Shown here: positions 10,095 through 19,784 of the stretch, piece by piece | How the letters are laid out: every line of letters starts with the position of its first letter | How positions within the stretch are numbered: position 1 is the stretch's first letter | Assembly: GCA_018697675.1 (NCBI GenBank) | Contig: JABINC010000041.1 | Coordinates: 571 to 64,570, forward strand | From: Candidatus Peregrinibacteria bacterium | GTDB lineage: Bacteria; Patescibacteriota; Gracilibacteria; UBA1369; JABINC01 | Length of the DNA: 64,000 nt | Direction of reading: 5' to 3' | Made by a program: the position numbers and the translations under genes | The notes under the pieces: model-generated | Seen by the model: the letters and a program-made list of their open reading frames with translations, nothing else | Told to the model about the DNA's origin: nothing | The model's database searches: none

Positions 10095-13000
10095 ATGAAA
10101 AAGTTACTCTCGACAAGGATAATACCAATTTTGGTAATGGCCCTTGTTCTTGGATTCATAAATATGTCCCAAGAAAAACAGACAAACCTGCTACCAGGCC
10201 TAGATTTAGATCAAAAAGTTCATCTAGGACTAGATCTCCAAGGTGGGACTCAACTTGATTATAAAATCGACCTTAGAAAGGTAGATGAAGCAGATCAGGA
10301 ACCAATAATCAACGGTATAACGGAAATCATCAATCGCCGTGTAAATGGTCTTGGAGTATCAGAGCCAAATATCTACACCTCAGTGATCGCAGATGAATAC
10401 CACATAATTGTGGAACTCGCCGGAATCAAGGATATCGAAGAAGCCAAACGTACAGTTGGAAAAACAATTCAATTAGAATTCAAAGAGAGCGTCGAAGAGC
10501 TAGCAACTGAGAAAAAAGAAGAAATCAGAGGTATTGCATCTACCGCTTTACAACGAATAAAAAATGGTGAGACTTTCACACTTGTAGGAAATGAAGAAAT
10601 TCAAGCATACCCAGGAAAAGTTGATTTTTATGACAACAATACATTTGTAAGTGAAGAGATCATAGAAAGCGATGAACTTAAAAATACTCTAAAAAATCTT
10701 CGAGATGGAGACTTATATAGCGGACTTATCGACACTATAGACGGATTCCAAGTTACAAACCAAGGGCTCCAAGAAAAAACAGGATTCTATGTAGTTAAAC
10801 GCCTAGAAGGAAAAACCGAGACAATCGAGAAAGAATTCAAAGAAGAAGCTGAAGTGAGCCATATTGTAATAGCTCACAAAGAATCTGCAGAGACTGCCTT
10901 CTCAATAACTAGAACCAAACCAGAAGCATTAAAACTTGCTAGAGAAGTGCGAAGTAAAATCGAATCCGGAGAGGATTTCAGTGCCCTTGCAAAAGAGTAT
11001 TCTGATGAGCCTGCTGCAAAAACGACTGGAGGGAAATTGATCGAGCCGGTGAGACCAATGGGAGCAGAAAATTCATACTATCATCCAATTTTCACGGCTG
11101 CTGCCTTGGATTTAGATACAGGAGAATTATCAGAGGTAGTAGAAACTCCGTTTGGATATCACATTATAAAATCAGAAGAAAAAACAGAGGCTCACACCGC
11201 AACTGTGCAAGAAACCTCTTATCGCTATCAAGCACTGTTCTATTCAACTGTTCCTGATGGATGGAAAGAAACAGGACTCACAGGAGAGCACTTCGTGCGA
11301 GCAGATGTAGTTGCCGACCAATTCAACAACGCAATGGTAGCTATTAAATTCAATGACGAAGGTAGAGATTTATTTGGACAATTAACTGAAAAAAATATCG
11401 GAAAACCTGTTGCAATATTTGTAGGTGGAGACCTGATCTCCGCTCCAAATGTAAACGAAAAAATTCTCGGTGGACAGGCTCAGATCTCAGGTAATTTCAC
11501 TTACGAAGAAGCATCTGAACTCGCTCGAGACCTAAACACGGGGGCAATTCCTGCTCCAATTGTTCTCTCTGGACAATACTCTATCGGAGCGAGCCTCGGA
11601 GCTGATGCGCTCAGCCAGAGCATCAATGCCGCTTTAATCGGTATAGTACTCTTGGTCATTTACATGGTACTTTACTACCGTTGGATTGGGGTCATGGCGA
11701 ATTTCGCCCTAGTAGTCTATGCATTACTCTTAATATTCCTGATCAAAATATCAATCCCAATGGGATGGAGCTTCATAATTGGACTCATAATTTACGGCGT
11801 ACTGGTGTCCAAAATTCTCAAGAACGAAGACTCCGGATGGGAGAAATTAATCTCATTTTTTGTAGCCTCATTTGTTTTCTTCTTCCTGGTGTTCCTGCTA
11901 GCATCCCCTGTCGTGTTAACTCTCGCAGGTATAGCCGGTGTTATCCTATCTATAGGTATGGCAGTTGATGCAAACGTACTTATTTTTGAACGTATCAAAG
12001 AAGAAGTAAATCTAGACAGACCAATGAAACACGCCATCGAAGTAGGGTTCGACAGAGCCTGGAGCTCAATTCGAGATTCAAACTATTCATCTCTCATAAC
12101 TTGTGCAATCCTATTATATTTCGGAACATCCATTATCAAGGGTTTCGCTATCAACCTTGCAGCCGGAATTCTCGTCTCAATGTTTACAGCTATCACAATC
12201 ACAAGAGCCTTCTTAGATTTTCTCGCAGAAAGTGAAAGAGGAAGAGCTTTCTTAGAATGGGGTCTCAAAAGAAAAAAAGAACCTAAGATATTACCGATTG
12301 TAAAACTTTCAAAAGTTTGGTTTAGCTTCTCGGGAATCCTCATAACAATAAGTATTGTCGCAGTAGCATTATTCGGATTCAATCTCGGAATCGACTTCAC
12401 AGGAGGAACCATGATGGAAGTTCAATTAGGCTCTACCGCTACTTCAGAAGATGTCACAGCTGTATTTGGAGAAGTACATAAAGAATTAGTAGAAGACTAC
12501 CAAATCGCAATTACAAATGCTCCAGTAGACGTAGACATGGAAGTTGACGAAGTCCTAGATTTTTCTTCTCCACTCATCCTACCAAGTGGGGAGAATTCAT
12601 TTATCATACGAACCAAGAACATAACAAATGAACAACATGATAAATTGATCTCAGCACTCAGAAATAGATTTGGCTCAATAGAAGAACCACGATTTACAGT
12701 CGTAGGACCTGTTATCGGAAGCGTCCTCAAGAAAAAAGCATTCCTAGCCTTGATGTTCGCCGGAGTCATGATTGTCCTCTATATTGCATTTGCATTTAGA
12801 AGAGTTCCAAAAGAAGTCTCTCCATGGAGATTCGGATTTTGTGCAATCGTGGCCCTCGTGCACGATGTTATAATTACATTAGGTGTGTTCGCATTCTTAG
12901 GATATTTCTTGAATGTAGAAATGGATGCCCTATTTGTAACAGCACTCCTTACTATTATGGGATTCTCTGTTCATGACACGATCGTTGTATTCGACAGAAT

Positions 13001-13259
13001 CAGAGAAAATCTATTTCTTATGAAGAAAAATAATTCCTTCGATAACATCGCAAATGCCGCACTAAATCAAACGATGGCACGAAGTTTGAACACTTCTATA
13101 TCGACATTATTTACAATTGCAGCCCTATTCTTATTGGGTGCAGAGAGCGTTAAATTCTTCGTTTTCGCATTACTAATAGGTATTATTGTTGGAACATATT
13201 CATCTATCTTTACTGCTAGCCCTGTACTCTGCGCATGGCGCCGCTGGAAAGAAAAGTAA
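10095..13259 (+). CDS. secDF: protein translocase SecDF fusion with inserted parvulin-type PPIase domain(s)
   Basis: SecD LGLDLQGG, RRVNGLGVSEP, GMAVDANVLIFERIKEE; SecF LGIDFTGGT, GFSVHDTIVVFDRIRE, GTYSSIF; parvulin motifs inside the SecD P1 region. Confidence 0.95.
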   Translation: MKKLLSTRIIPILVMALVLGFINMSQEKQTNLLPGLDLDQKVHLGLDLQGGTQLDYKIDLRKVDEADQEPIINGITEIINRRVNGLGVSEPNIYTSVIADEYHIIVELAGIKDIEEAKRTVGKTIQLEFKESVEELATEKKEEIRGIASTALQRIKNGETFTLVGNEEIQAYPGKVDFYDNNTFVSEEIIESDELKNTLKNLRDGDLYSGLIDTIDGFQVTNQGLQEKTGFYVVKRLEGKTETIEKEFKEEAEVSHIVIAHKESAETAFSITRTKPEALKLAREVRSKIESGEDFSALAKEYSDEPAAKTTGGKLIEPVRPMGAENSYYHPIFTAAALDLDTGELSEVVETPFGYHIIKSEEKTEAHTATVQETSYRYQALFYSTVPDGWKETGLTGEHFVRADVVADQFNNAMVAIKFNDEGRDLFGQLTEKNIGKPVAIFVGGDLISAPNVNEKILGGQAQISGNFTYEEASELARDLNTGAIPAPIVLSGQYSIGASLGADALSQSINAALIGIVLLVIYMVLYYRWIGVMANFALVVYALLLIFLIKISIPMGWSFIIGLIIYGVLVSKILKNEDSGWEKLISFFVASFVFFFLVFLLASPVVLTLAGIAGVILSIGMAVDANVLIFERIKEEVNLDRPMKHAIEVGFDRAWSSIRDSNYSSLITCAILLYFGTSIIKGFAINLAAGILVSMFTAITITRAFLDFLAESERGRAFLEWGLKRKKEPKILPIVKLSKVWFSFSGILITISIVAVALFGFNLGIDFTGGTMMEVQLGSTATSEDVTAVFGEVHKELVEDYQIAITNAPVDVDMEVDEVLDFSSPLILPSGENSFIIRTKNITNEQHDKLISALRNRFGSIEEPRFTVVGPVIGSVLKKKAFLALMFAGVMIVLYIAFAFRRVPKEVSPWRFGFCAIVALVHDVIITLGVFAFLGYFLNVEMDALFVTALLTIMGFSVHDTIVVFDRIRENLFLMKKNNSFDNIANAALNQTMARSLNTSISTLFTIAALFLLGAESVKFFVFALLIGIIVGTYSSIFTASPVLCAWRRWKEK

Positions 13260-13277
13260 GAAACTTCACAAAAAAGC

Positions 13278-13306
13278 TTGACGAAAAGGTGTGATTGTAT
13301 TAGAAT
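13278..13306 (+). promoter_or_regulatory. sigma70-type promoter of the SLH surface protein
   Basis: TTGACG-17 bp-TAGAAT. Confidence 0.65.
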
Positions 13307-13325
13307 CACGCCTTATTTTGTTTTT
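13286..13325 (+). terminator. possible intrinsic terminator of secDF, overlapping the next promoter
   Basis: AAGGTGTGATT-7 nt-AATCACGCCTT (one G.U pair) followed by ATTTTGTTTTT. Confidence 0.45.
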
Positions 13326-13363
13326 AACAATTTTCAACTAATTATCTTCTTAAATATAAACCT

Positions 13364-16300
13364 ATGAAGAACCTAGTAAAAGCTATGGTACAAAACCTTC
13401 TCCGAGTTGGTCTTGGTGCCATCGTGCTTGCTCTACTAGCAAGTACAGCCTTCGCCGCAACAGTTCACGTGAACTCAAGCGACGGATCGATCTACGACGT
13501 AGATCACACATACACATTTGGAGATCCTGATGCTTCAAATACAGAAATCACTCTCAGGGAAGCTCTTAAAATCATCAATGGAGACATTCTATTCGGAGAC
13601 GATGTTGATGAATATAACCCAGGGCTAAATCCATTTGAATGTGACCTTATCGAAGAAGCTTCATACAACAGCGGAGTATGTAGCATCAACCTAGACGCAG
13701 AAACTGGTGAACCAGTTACAACAGTCGGGCAAGGAAATGATACAATCATTTTTGATTTCGATGAATACACAACTATCACACCAGTTAATTTCCTAGATCC
13801 GATCAATACAAATGATCTAAATATCCTAGGAGGAGGACTCGTTGCACTAGACGGTAGCTCAATCTCAGAATTCAACGATGCATATGGACTTATGTTCGAA
13901 GGCGTTACAGGTGGACACGTAAGAGGTATAGTTTTTCAAAACTTCAATGGAGAGAACAACGCAGGTCTAGTAATTGAAGACTCACGAGAAATCGAAGTTG
14001 GTTCTTTTTATGAAACAGATCCTGAGGATCAAAGTCGCAGAAATTACTTTTGGGACAATACATATGGTATCTACCTGAATGGAGCTGTAGAAAATACATT
14101 CATAAATAACTTCATTGGGAATAACGGAGAAAGCGTTGATGGAAACATCACCGGAATCGCTCTAAATCAATCAAGCAACAACCAAATTGGTATATCCGAA
14201 GTTGCAAACGTACTTGGAGGAAACAAAACAGATATCCTACTAATGAACAATTCCAATGAAAACACTGTCCAAAACAACTGGATAAATACAGTTCCTGATT
14301 TTTCTAACGAAGCGTTCATTACAAATAACTACGGAATAGTAGTTAATGCATCTTCAGACAATTCAATAGTCTGGAACCGCTTTGCAGGACACGCTGAAGC
14401 TGCTATCTCAATACAAGAAGCAAGCTCAATAGGAAATTTCTTTCGAACTAATATTATCGTAAATTTAGGATTAGATGGCCGAGGTATCAAACTTCTTAAC
14501 GGAGCGAACAATGGGCTACTAACTCCAACAATAACTTACGCTAACAACAATACTGTTATAGGTTCCGTTGATCCCGACTTCACAAAAGGAAGCGTGCAAG
14601 TATTCGTAGCTTCAAGCGAAGAAGAAGCTGCTGCATACATTGGAACTGCCGATGTACTAGAAGACGGATCATTCGAACTATCTGATACAGAACTTAATCC
14701 ACTACTTCAATACGTAACAATCGTTCATTCATACCCTAATGGATCTAGTTCAGAACTAGGTTCACTAATTAATGACACAGACCTAGATGGACTTACTGAC
14801 GCAAATGAAGACGTACTTGGAACTGATCCATTAGATCCAGACACAGATGATGATGGTCTTCTAGATGGTGAGGAAGATGCGAACGGTGATGGAGTAATTG
14901 ACCTAGACGCTGGAGAATCAGACCCACTAGATGGATGTGACCCACTTGGAGAAGAATCTCCATCATGTGGTGATACTCCAACTGAAGATGATGCTGACGA
15001 AGATGGAGTCCTCGATGACGTAGATAACTGTCCAGCAGATTACAACCCATTACAAGAAGATGCTGACGAAGATGGAGTTGGAGATGTTTGTGACGAAGAC
15101 CCAACTGATTCTGATATAGATGAGGATGGGATTTTAGACGGTGATGACAACTGTCCAAATGTTTACAATCCTCCTGCAGTTGAAGGAGACCCACAACTAG
15201 ACACTGACGGAGACGGAATCGGAGACGCTTGTGACCCAGGCGTAGACACTGATGACACGGACGAGGATGGAATCAACGATTACGATGAAGAAAATATTTA
15301 CGAAACTGACCCACTAAATCCAGACTCTGATGAGGACGGACTACTAGACGGTGAAGAAGTTTACACTTACTTCACAGATCCTAACGATTCAGATAGTGAT
15401 TCAGACACTTTCCTTGACGGAGCCGAAGTAGAAGCTGGATCAGACCCAAATAACTCATGTGACCCTACTGAATGTCTAACAATGCTAGACGTAGACGGTG
15501 ACGGAGTTCCAGAAAACCAAGGATTTGGAGATATTATCGATAACTGTCCTACAGTTGCAAATCCTGACCAAATAGATGGCGACCACGACGGACGTGGAGA
15601 TGCTTGTGACCCACCAGCTCACGCAACACAGAAAAGCGCAGGTGGAGGTGGAGGATTTTCACTACCACCAAGTAATGGGTACATTCCATTATCTGCACAA
15701 GCAAGCCTAGCCAAAAAAGCAGAACAAGCAGCACGCGAAGAGGCTGTTCAAGTAGAAAAAGAACAAGCAGTAGCTGCATGTCGACTAATCGATATCTACG
15801 GACACTGGTCACATGATTACGTACAAGACTTATGTGAACGTGGGATTGTAAAAGGATACGGAAAGACAAAAGTATTCGGACCAGACAGAGCAGTAAACAG
15901 AGCTGAGTTCACAAAGATGCTTGTAGAAGCTATGGAACTTGACCTGCTAGGAGCTTACAGAAACCCATTTACAGACGTACCAGCAAACGAATGGTACGGA
16001 GATTACATTTACACTGCTAAAGAATATGGAATCGTAGGTGGTTATACAGATGGAACATTCCGACCAGGAGCTACAGTATCACGTGCAGAAGCCGTAAAAA
16101 TGGTACTAGCAGCTATGGGAGAGCGTCCAAGCTTTGCAGACAGCACATTTACAGACATTTCAGACCACTGGGCTGCAGGATGGATAACTCGTGCTAGATC
16201 TATGAATCTTGTAACAGGTTACACTTTAGACACGTTCGCTCCAGATGCTTCACTACTTCGTGGAGAAGCAGCTAAACTAATCCTAATGGGAGCTGAATAA
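13364..16300 (+). CDS. secreted surface protein: signal peptide, parallel beta-helix region, thrombospondin type-3 Ca-binding repeats, three C-terminal SLH domains
   Basis: Signal ...LLASTAFA/A; ITLREAL (CSLREA-like); Asn-rich beta-helix repeats; many DxDxDGxxDxxDNCP repeats; SLH motifs GIVKGY..FGPDRAVNRAEF, FTDVP...GIVGGYTDGTFRPGATVSRAE. Confidence 0.9.
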   Translation: MKNLVKAMVQNLLRVGLGAIVLALLASTAFAATVHVNSSDGSIYDVDHTYTFGDPDASNTEITLREALKIINGDILFGDDVDEYNPGLNPFECDLIEEASYNSGVCSINLDAETGEPVTTVGQGNDTIIFDFDEYTTITPVNFLDPINTNDLNILGGGLVALDGSSISEFNDAYGLMFEGVTGGHVRGIVFQNFNGENNAGLVIEDSREIEVGSFYETDPEDQSRRNYFWDNTYGIYLNGAVENTFINNFIGNNGESVDGNITGIALNQSSNNQIGISEVANVLGGNKTDILLMNNSNENTVQNNWINTVPDFSNEAFITNNYGIVVNASSDNSIVWNRFAGHAEAAISIQEASSIGNFFRTNIIVNLGLDGRGIKLLNGANNGLLTPTITYANNNTVIGSVDPDFTKGSVQVFVASSEEEAAAYIGTADVLEDGSFELSDTELNPLLQYVTIVHSYPNGSSSELGSLINDTDLDGLTDANEDVLGTDPLDPDTDDDGLLDGEEDANGDGVIDLDAGESDPLDGCDPLGEESPSCGDTPTEDDADEDGVLDDVDNCPADYNPLQEDADEDGVGDVCDEDPTDSDIDEDGILDGDDNCPNVYNPPAVEGDPQLDTDGDGIGDACDPGVDTDDTDEDGINDYDEENIYETDPLNPDSDEDGLLDGEEVYTYFTDPNDSDSDSDTFLDGAEVEAGSDPNNSCDPTECLTMLDVDGDGVPENQGFGDIIDNCPTVANPDQIDGDHDGRGDACDPPAHATQKSAGGGGGFSLPPSNGYIPLSAQASLAKKAEQAAREEAVQVEKEQAVAACRLIDIYGHWSHDYVQDLCERGIVKGYGKTKVFGPDRAVNRAEFTKMLVEAMELDLLGAYRNPFTDVPANEWYGDYIYTAKEYGIVGGYTDGTFRPGATVSRAEAVKMVLAAMGERPSFADSTFTDISDHWAAGWITRARSMNLVTGYTLDTFAPDASLLRGEAAKLILMGAE

Positions 16301-16349
16301 GTCACAAAATGACAATAGAAACCTAATATTTAGGTTCAAAAAACATTTC

Positions 16350-16390
16350 AAAGAGAGTATCCTCCTTACCGGACAGGTGCTCTCTTTTTT
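16350..16390 (+). terminator. intrinsic terminator after SLH gene
   Basis: AAAGAGAGTATC...GGTGCTCTCTTT stem followed by a T run. Confidence 0.7.
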
Positions 16391-16413
16391 GTCTCAAAGT
16401 TACCCCCTTTCAA

Positions 16414-18591
16414 ATGTATATCGAAGTAATTCCCAGCCAGGCCTGCAACATAGACACCCTAACCTACTCGATCCCAGAAAAATTCCAAGATCAAGTAAAA
16501 GTAGGTTCTATTGTCAAAGTTCCTTTTCGAAAAGGATTTATGCATGGACTTGCCATAAACCTCACAGACAAAAAACCTGAATTTAGGACGCGACCTATCT
16601 GGGATCTTTTAGAATTAGAAATATCGAAAGAAACTGTCTCACTTATAAAATGGATTAGCGAATACTACTTCTGTTCACTAAATGCGGCAGCCAAATTATT
16701 TCTTCCGACAAGAATCTGGGATCACAAAATACAATTACCAAAGGAAGTATACTACCGCCTAATTAACAAAAACCTCGAAGAAATAAGACCTCTTTTAACT
16801 CGTTCAAAAAAACAACTAGCCCTAGCAGAACTATTAGAAATAAAAGATCAAAAAGAGGGATCAATAATAGACAAAGGATTCTCAAGACAAATAATAAAAT
16901 CTTTGCTTGAAAAAGAATTAATAGAACGCATTGAGGAATCACATCTAAACACAGCCACTGCGCACAAAAAAGAGCATGACGAAATCTCACTACATCACAG
17001 AAAATGCAGCTTCACAGCCCCTCAAAAAAAATCATTCACAAACATACAAGATTCAAAAAAACTTCTCCACCTACTCCACGGAGTAACCGGTTCAGGTAAG
17101 ACAGAAATTTATCTTCATTTGATCCATGAACAACTCGAAAAAGGCAAACAATCTCTACTCCTTTTACCGGAGATTTCACTAACACCACAAATCAGCGATT
17201 ATTTCAAAAAAGTATTCGGAGAGAACATAGTGTCAGTCCTCCACAGCGGCCAAACCATAACAGAACGGACAGGAAGCTGGCTCAAGATCTACTCAGGAGA
17301 AGCCAAGATAATAATAGGCGCGCGCAGCGCGCTATTCGCTCCATTCAAAGAACTCGGACTCATGGTCCTGGATGAAGCACATGACCCAAGTTTCAAGCAG
17401 GATTCAACTCCACGCTATAACACAAAGCGAGTAGCCGCAGAACTAGCTCAACTTCACAAGATCAAAGTAGTCTACGGATCAGCTACACCAAATATTGAGA
17501 CATATCACGCAGCTAAAAAAGGCTCAAAAATCGAACTCAACCACATAGACGAAAAAATCGCCAAAAGCTCAAAAAGAGATATTTACATAGTTGACCTAAG
17601 GCAAGAATGGAAAGCCAAAAACTTTTCAATTTTCTCAGACCTACTTCACGAAAAAATCGAAGAAAAACTCGCAAAGAATGAACAGATACTCTTATTCGTA
17701 AACCGCAGAGGAACTGCAAGTGCCATGATTTGTCGAGATTGCGGATACAAAGAAACTTGCTCCACCTGCAATATCCCATTCACATATCATAAAAAGAGAT
17801 CCAACTATCAAAGTATACACCTCCAATGCCACCACTGCGGAAAAGAAAAAGCCCCAGCAACCACTTGCCCAAACTGTGCAAGCCTCTCTTTTAAATTCAC
17901 AGGAGTCGGCACAGAAAAAGTCGAAGAAGTCCTACACGAAGAATTCCCAGGAGCTCGCACCCTCCGCGCAGACCATGACACAACTCTCAAGAGAGGTTCT
18001 ATAAAAGAAATCTACAACTCATTCAAATCACACAAAGCAGATATCTTGATCGGAACCCAAATGATCGCCAAAGGTTGGGACATCCCAAACGTAACTCTCG
18101 TTGGAGTAGTACTTGCCGACATAGGCCTCAACATCCCAGATTTCCGCTCAAGCGAAAGAATTTTTCAACTCCTAACACAGGTCGCCGGAAGAACCGCCAG
18201 GGGCCACAAACACGGAGAAGTTATAATCCAAACATACAACCCAGACAACCACACAATCAGGGCAGCAGCAGCCGACAACTATCATGAATTCTACGATCAC
18301 GAGATCAAAGAGCGTCACAAATTCAACTTCCCACCTTTCTCTCGCATCCTCCGCTTAATTATCACAGACAAAGCCGAAAATATTTGCATCAGAAAAATCG
18401 AATCCCTAAAAGAGCGCCTAAAAGATATAAAAACCAGCCAGCCTCTAACAATCTACGCTACGCCGGATTTTATCCCATTCAAAAATGACCTCTACCACTA
18501 CTCTATCTTCATCCAAGGCTCTAACCCCGACTCAGCCCTATCCGCCCTCACAAAAGAAGAACTAAAAGAAATTAAAATTGATCGGGTTTAG
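16414..18591 (+). CDS. priA: primosomal protein N' (replication restart helicase)
   Basis: LHGVTGSGKTEIY, DEAH, NRRG, paired CxxC zinc motifs, GTQMIAKG, QVAGRTAR. Confidence 0.97.
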   Translation: MYIEVIPSQACNIDTLTYSIPEKFQDQVKVGSIVKVPFRKGFMHGLAINLTDKKPEFRTRPIWDLLELEISKETVSLIKWISEYYFCSLNAAAKLFLPTRIWDHKIQLPKEVYYRLINKNLEEIRPLLTRSKKQLALAELLEIKDQKEGSIIDKGFSRQIIKSLLEKELIERIEESHLNTATAHKKEHDEISLHHRKCSFTAPQKKSFTNIQDSKKLLHLLHGVTGSGKTEIYLHLIHEQLEKGKQSLLLLPEISLTPQISDYFKKVFGENIVSVLHSGQTITERTGSWLKIYSGEAKIIIGARSALFAPFKELGLMVLDEAHDPSFKQDSTPRYNTKRVAAELAQLHKIKVVYGSATPNIETYHAAKKGSKIELNHIDEKIAKSSKRDIYIVDLRQEWKAKNFSIFSDLLHEKIEEKLAKNEQILLFVNRRGTASAMICRDCGYKETCSTCNIPFTYHKKRSNYQSIHLQCHHCGKEKAPATTCPNCASLSFKFTGVGTEKVEEVLHEEFPGARTLRADHDTTLKRGSIKEIYNSFKSHKADILIGTQMIAKGWDIPNVTLVGVVLADIGLNIPDFRSSERIFQLLTQVAGRTARGHKHGEVIIQTYNPDNHTIRAAAADNYHEFYDHEIKERHKFNFPPFSRILRLIITDKAENICIRKIESLKERLKDIKTSQPLTIYATPDFIPFKNDLYHYSIFIQGSNPDSALSALTKEELKEIKIDRV

Positions 18592-18594
18592 AAT

Positions 18595-19716
18595 ATGAAC
18601 AATATACTAAAAATAAATAAAGACTCCGACCTGACACACATACTAAATATTTTGAAACAAGGATACTGTCTTTGGATAGGATCAGGAGTGACCAAACAAC
18701 TAGATAATAAGTCTCTTTCTTGGAAAGAATTAACTGAAAAGCTAGAAAAAGAGATTGTATTAATGGAGAAAGAAAGGGGTTCATACCCTCTAAGATTGCA
18801 AAAAGTATTAAAAGAAATAGGAAATGAAAGATTCAATCAATTACTTAGAAAAAATATAATATGCAAATTATCTACAAATATTTTACAATTCCTTGAAGAC
18901 AAAACGAAAGAAGAAGTACTAAGGAAATTTTCGCAAATTGCAAAACTTGGGACCTTAGCAAATCCAATAGTAAATTTTAATATAGAAACCATAACCTCAA
19001 GGGTGATCGCGGGAGCTGCTCATTCATTCTCAATAAAATCTTTCAATATAGCAGTAGAAGAAGGAAACAGAAAACTATATGGGTCATCAGGAGATCACAT
19101 AAAAAATATATTTCAAAGATATGTCTACCACCCACATGGAGCCCTATGCTCAGGTTCATGTGTACTAACCCAAGAACAATATAAAACTCAAAAAGACACC
19201 TTAGCATATACGCTTGCAACACATATGGCCTTTCAATCCACATTGATCATAGTAGGAATGAGCTTGGAAGACAAATATCTAAGAAAACAAATTATAAAAT
19301 TCAAAAATCAAATAAAAAACATCTACTTCTTCAGCAAAAGAAAACCATCGAAAGAAATTTTGAAATGGATAGAAAAAAATAATATTCACAATATACAGCT
19401 AGATTCATGGGAGATCTTTTGGGAAAACATAGTTGAAAAACTGCCAGAACCGAATAAAAAAAATCTGATTTACAATATATTATCCATCATAAATGAATGC
19501 CTTGCTAACCAAAACATGTCAGGTTCATATTCTAGCTTTATAGAATTAGCAAAATCAGGCAAGCATCCATTCCCAGAAGAACACATAAAAGCACTTATAG
19601 AATCAATGCACAGATGCGGTGAAACAATAGACAATACCGAACCAAATAAATTTGATAAAACGAGTTATTATAAAAAATTATTCAAGAAATTAGAAATAAA
19701 GGAAGAATGTTATTAG
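18595..19716 (+). CDS. SIR2-like domain protein (SIR2_2 type), possible defence NADase
   Basis: LWIGSGVT, SLSWKEL, IVNFNIE, YHPHG, VLTQEQY, LIIVGMSLED; visibly more AT-rich than neighbours. Confidence 0.7.
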   Translation: MNNILKINKDSDLTHILNILKQGYCLWIGSGVTKQLDNKSLSWKELTEKLEKEIVLMEKERGSYPLRLQKVLKEIGNERFNQLLRKNIICKLSTNILQFLEDKTKEEVLRKFSQIAKLGTLANPIVNFNIETITSRVIAGAAHSFSIKSFNIAVEEGNRKLYGSSGDHIKNIFQRYVYHPHGALCSGSCVLTQEQYKTQKDTLAYTLATHMAFQSTLIIVGMSLEDKYLRKQIIKFKNQIKNIYFFSKRKPSKEILKWIEKNNIHNIQLDSWEIFWENIVEKLPEPNKKNLIYNILSIINECLANQNMSGSYSSFIELAKSGKHPFPEEHIKALIESMHRCGETIDNTEPNKFDKTSYYKKLFKKLEIKEECY

Positions 19717-19729
19717 ATCTCAACTCAAT

Positions 19730-19758
19730 TTGCACCCCTTCCCTGTTTGAAGTACAAT
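19730..19758 (+). promoter_or_regulatory. sigma70-type promoter of trpS
   Basis: TTGCAC-17 bp-TACAAT, 26 bp before the ATG. Confidence 0.55.
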
Positions 19759-19784
19759 TCAGGGCGAATTTAAAATAAAAAATT

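Noticed and set aside
14770-15620. DNA-level repeats (GATGGA/GACGGA-rich)
   Set aside because: Explained by TSP3 DxDxDG protein repeats in the SLH gene
16320-16337. Short AT-rich palindrome (AACCTAA...TTAGGTT) after the SLH gene
   Set aside because: Single short inverted repeat next to a better terminator; no second copy seen
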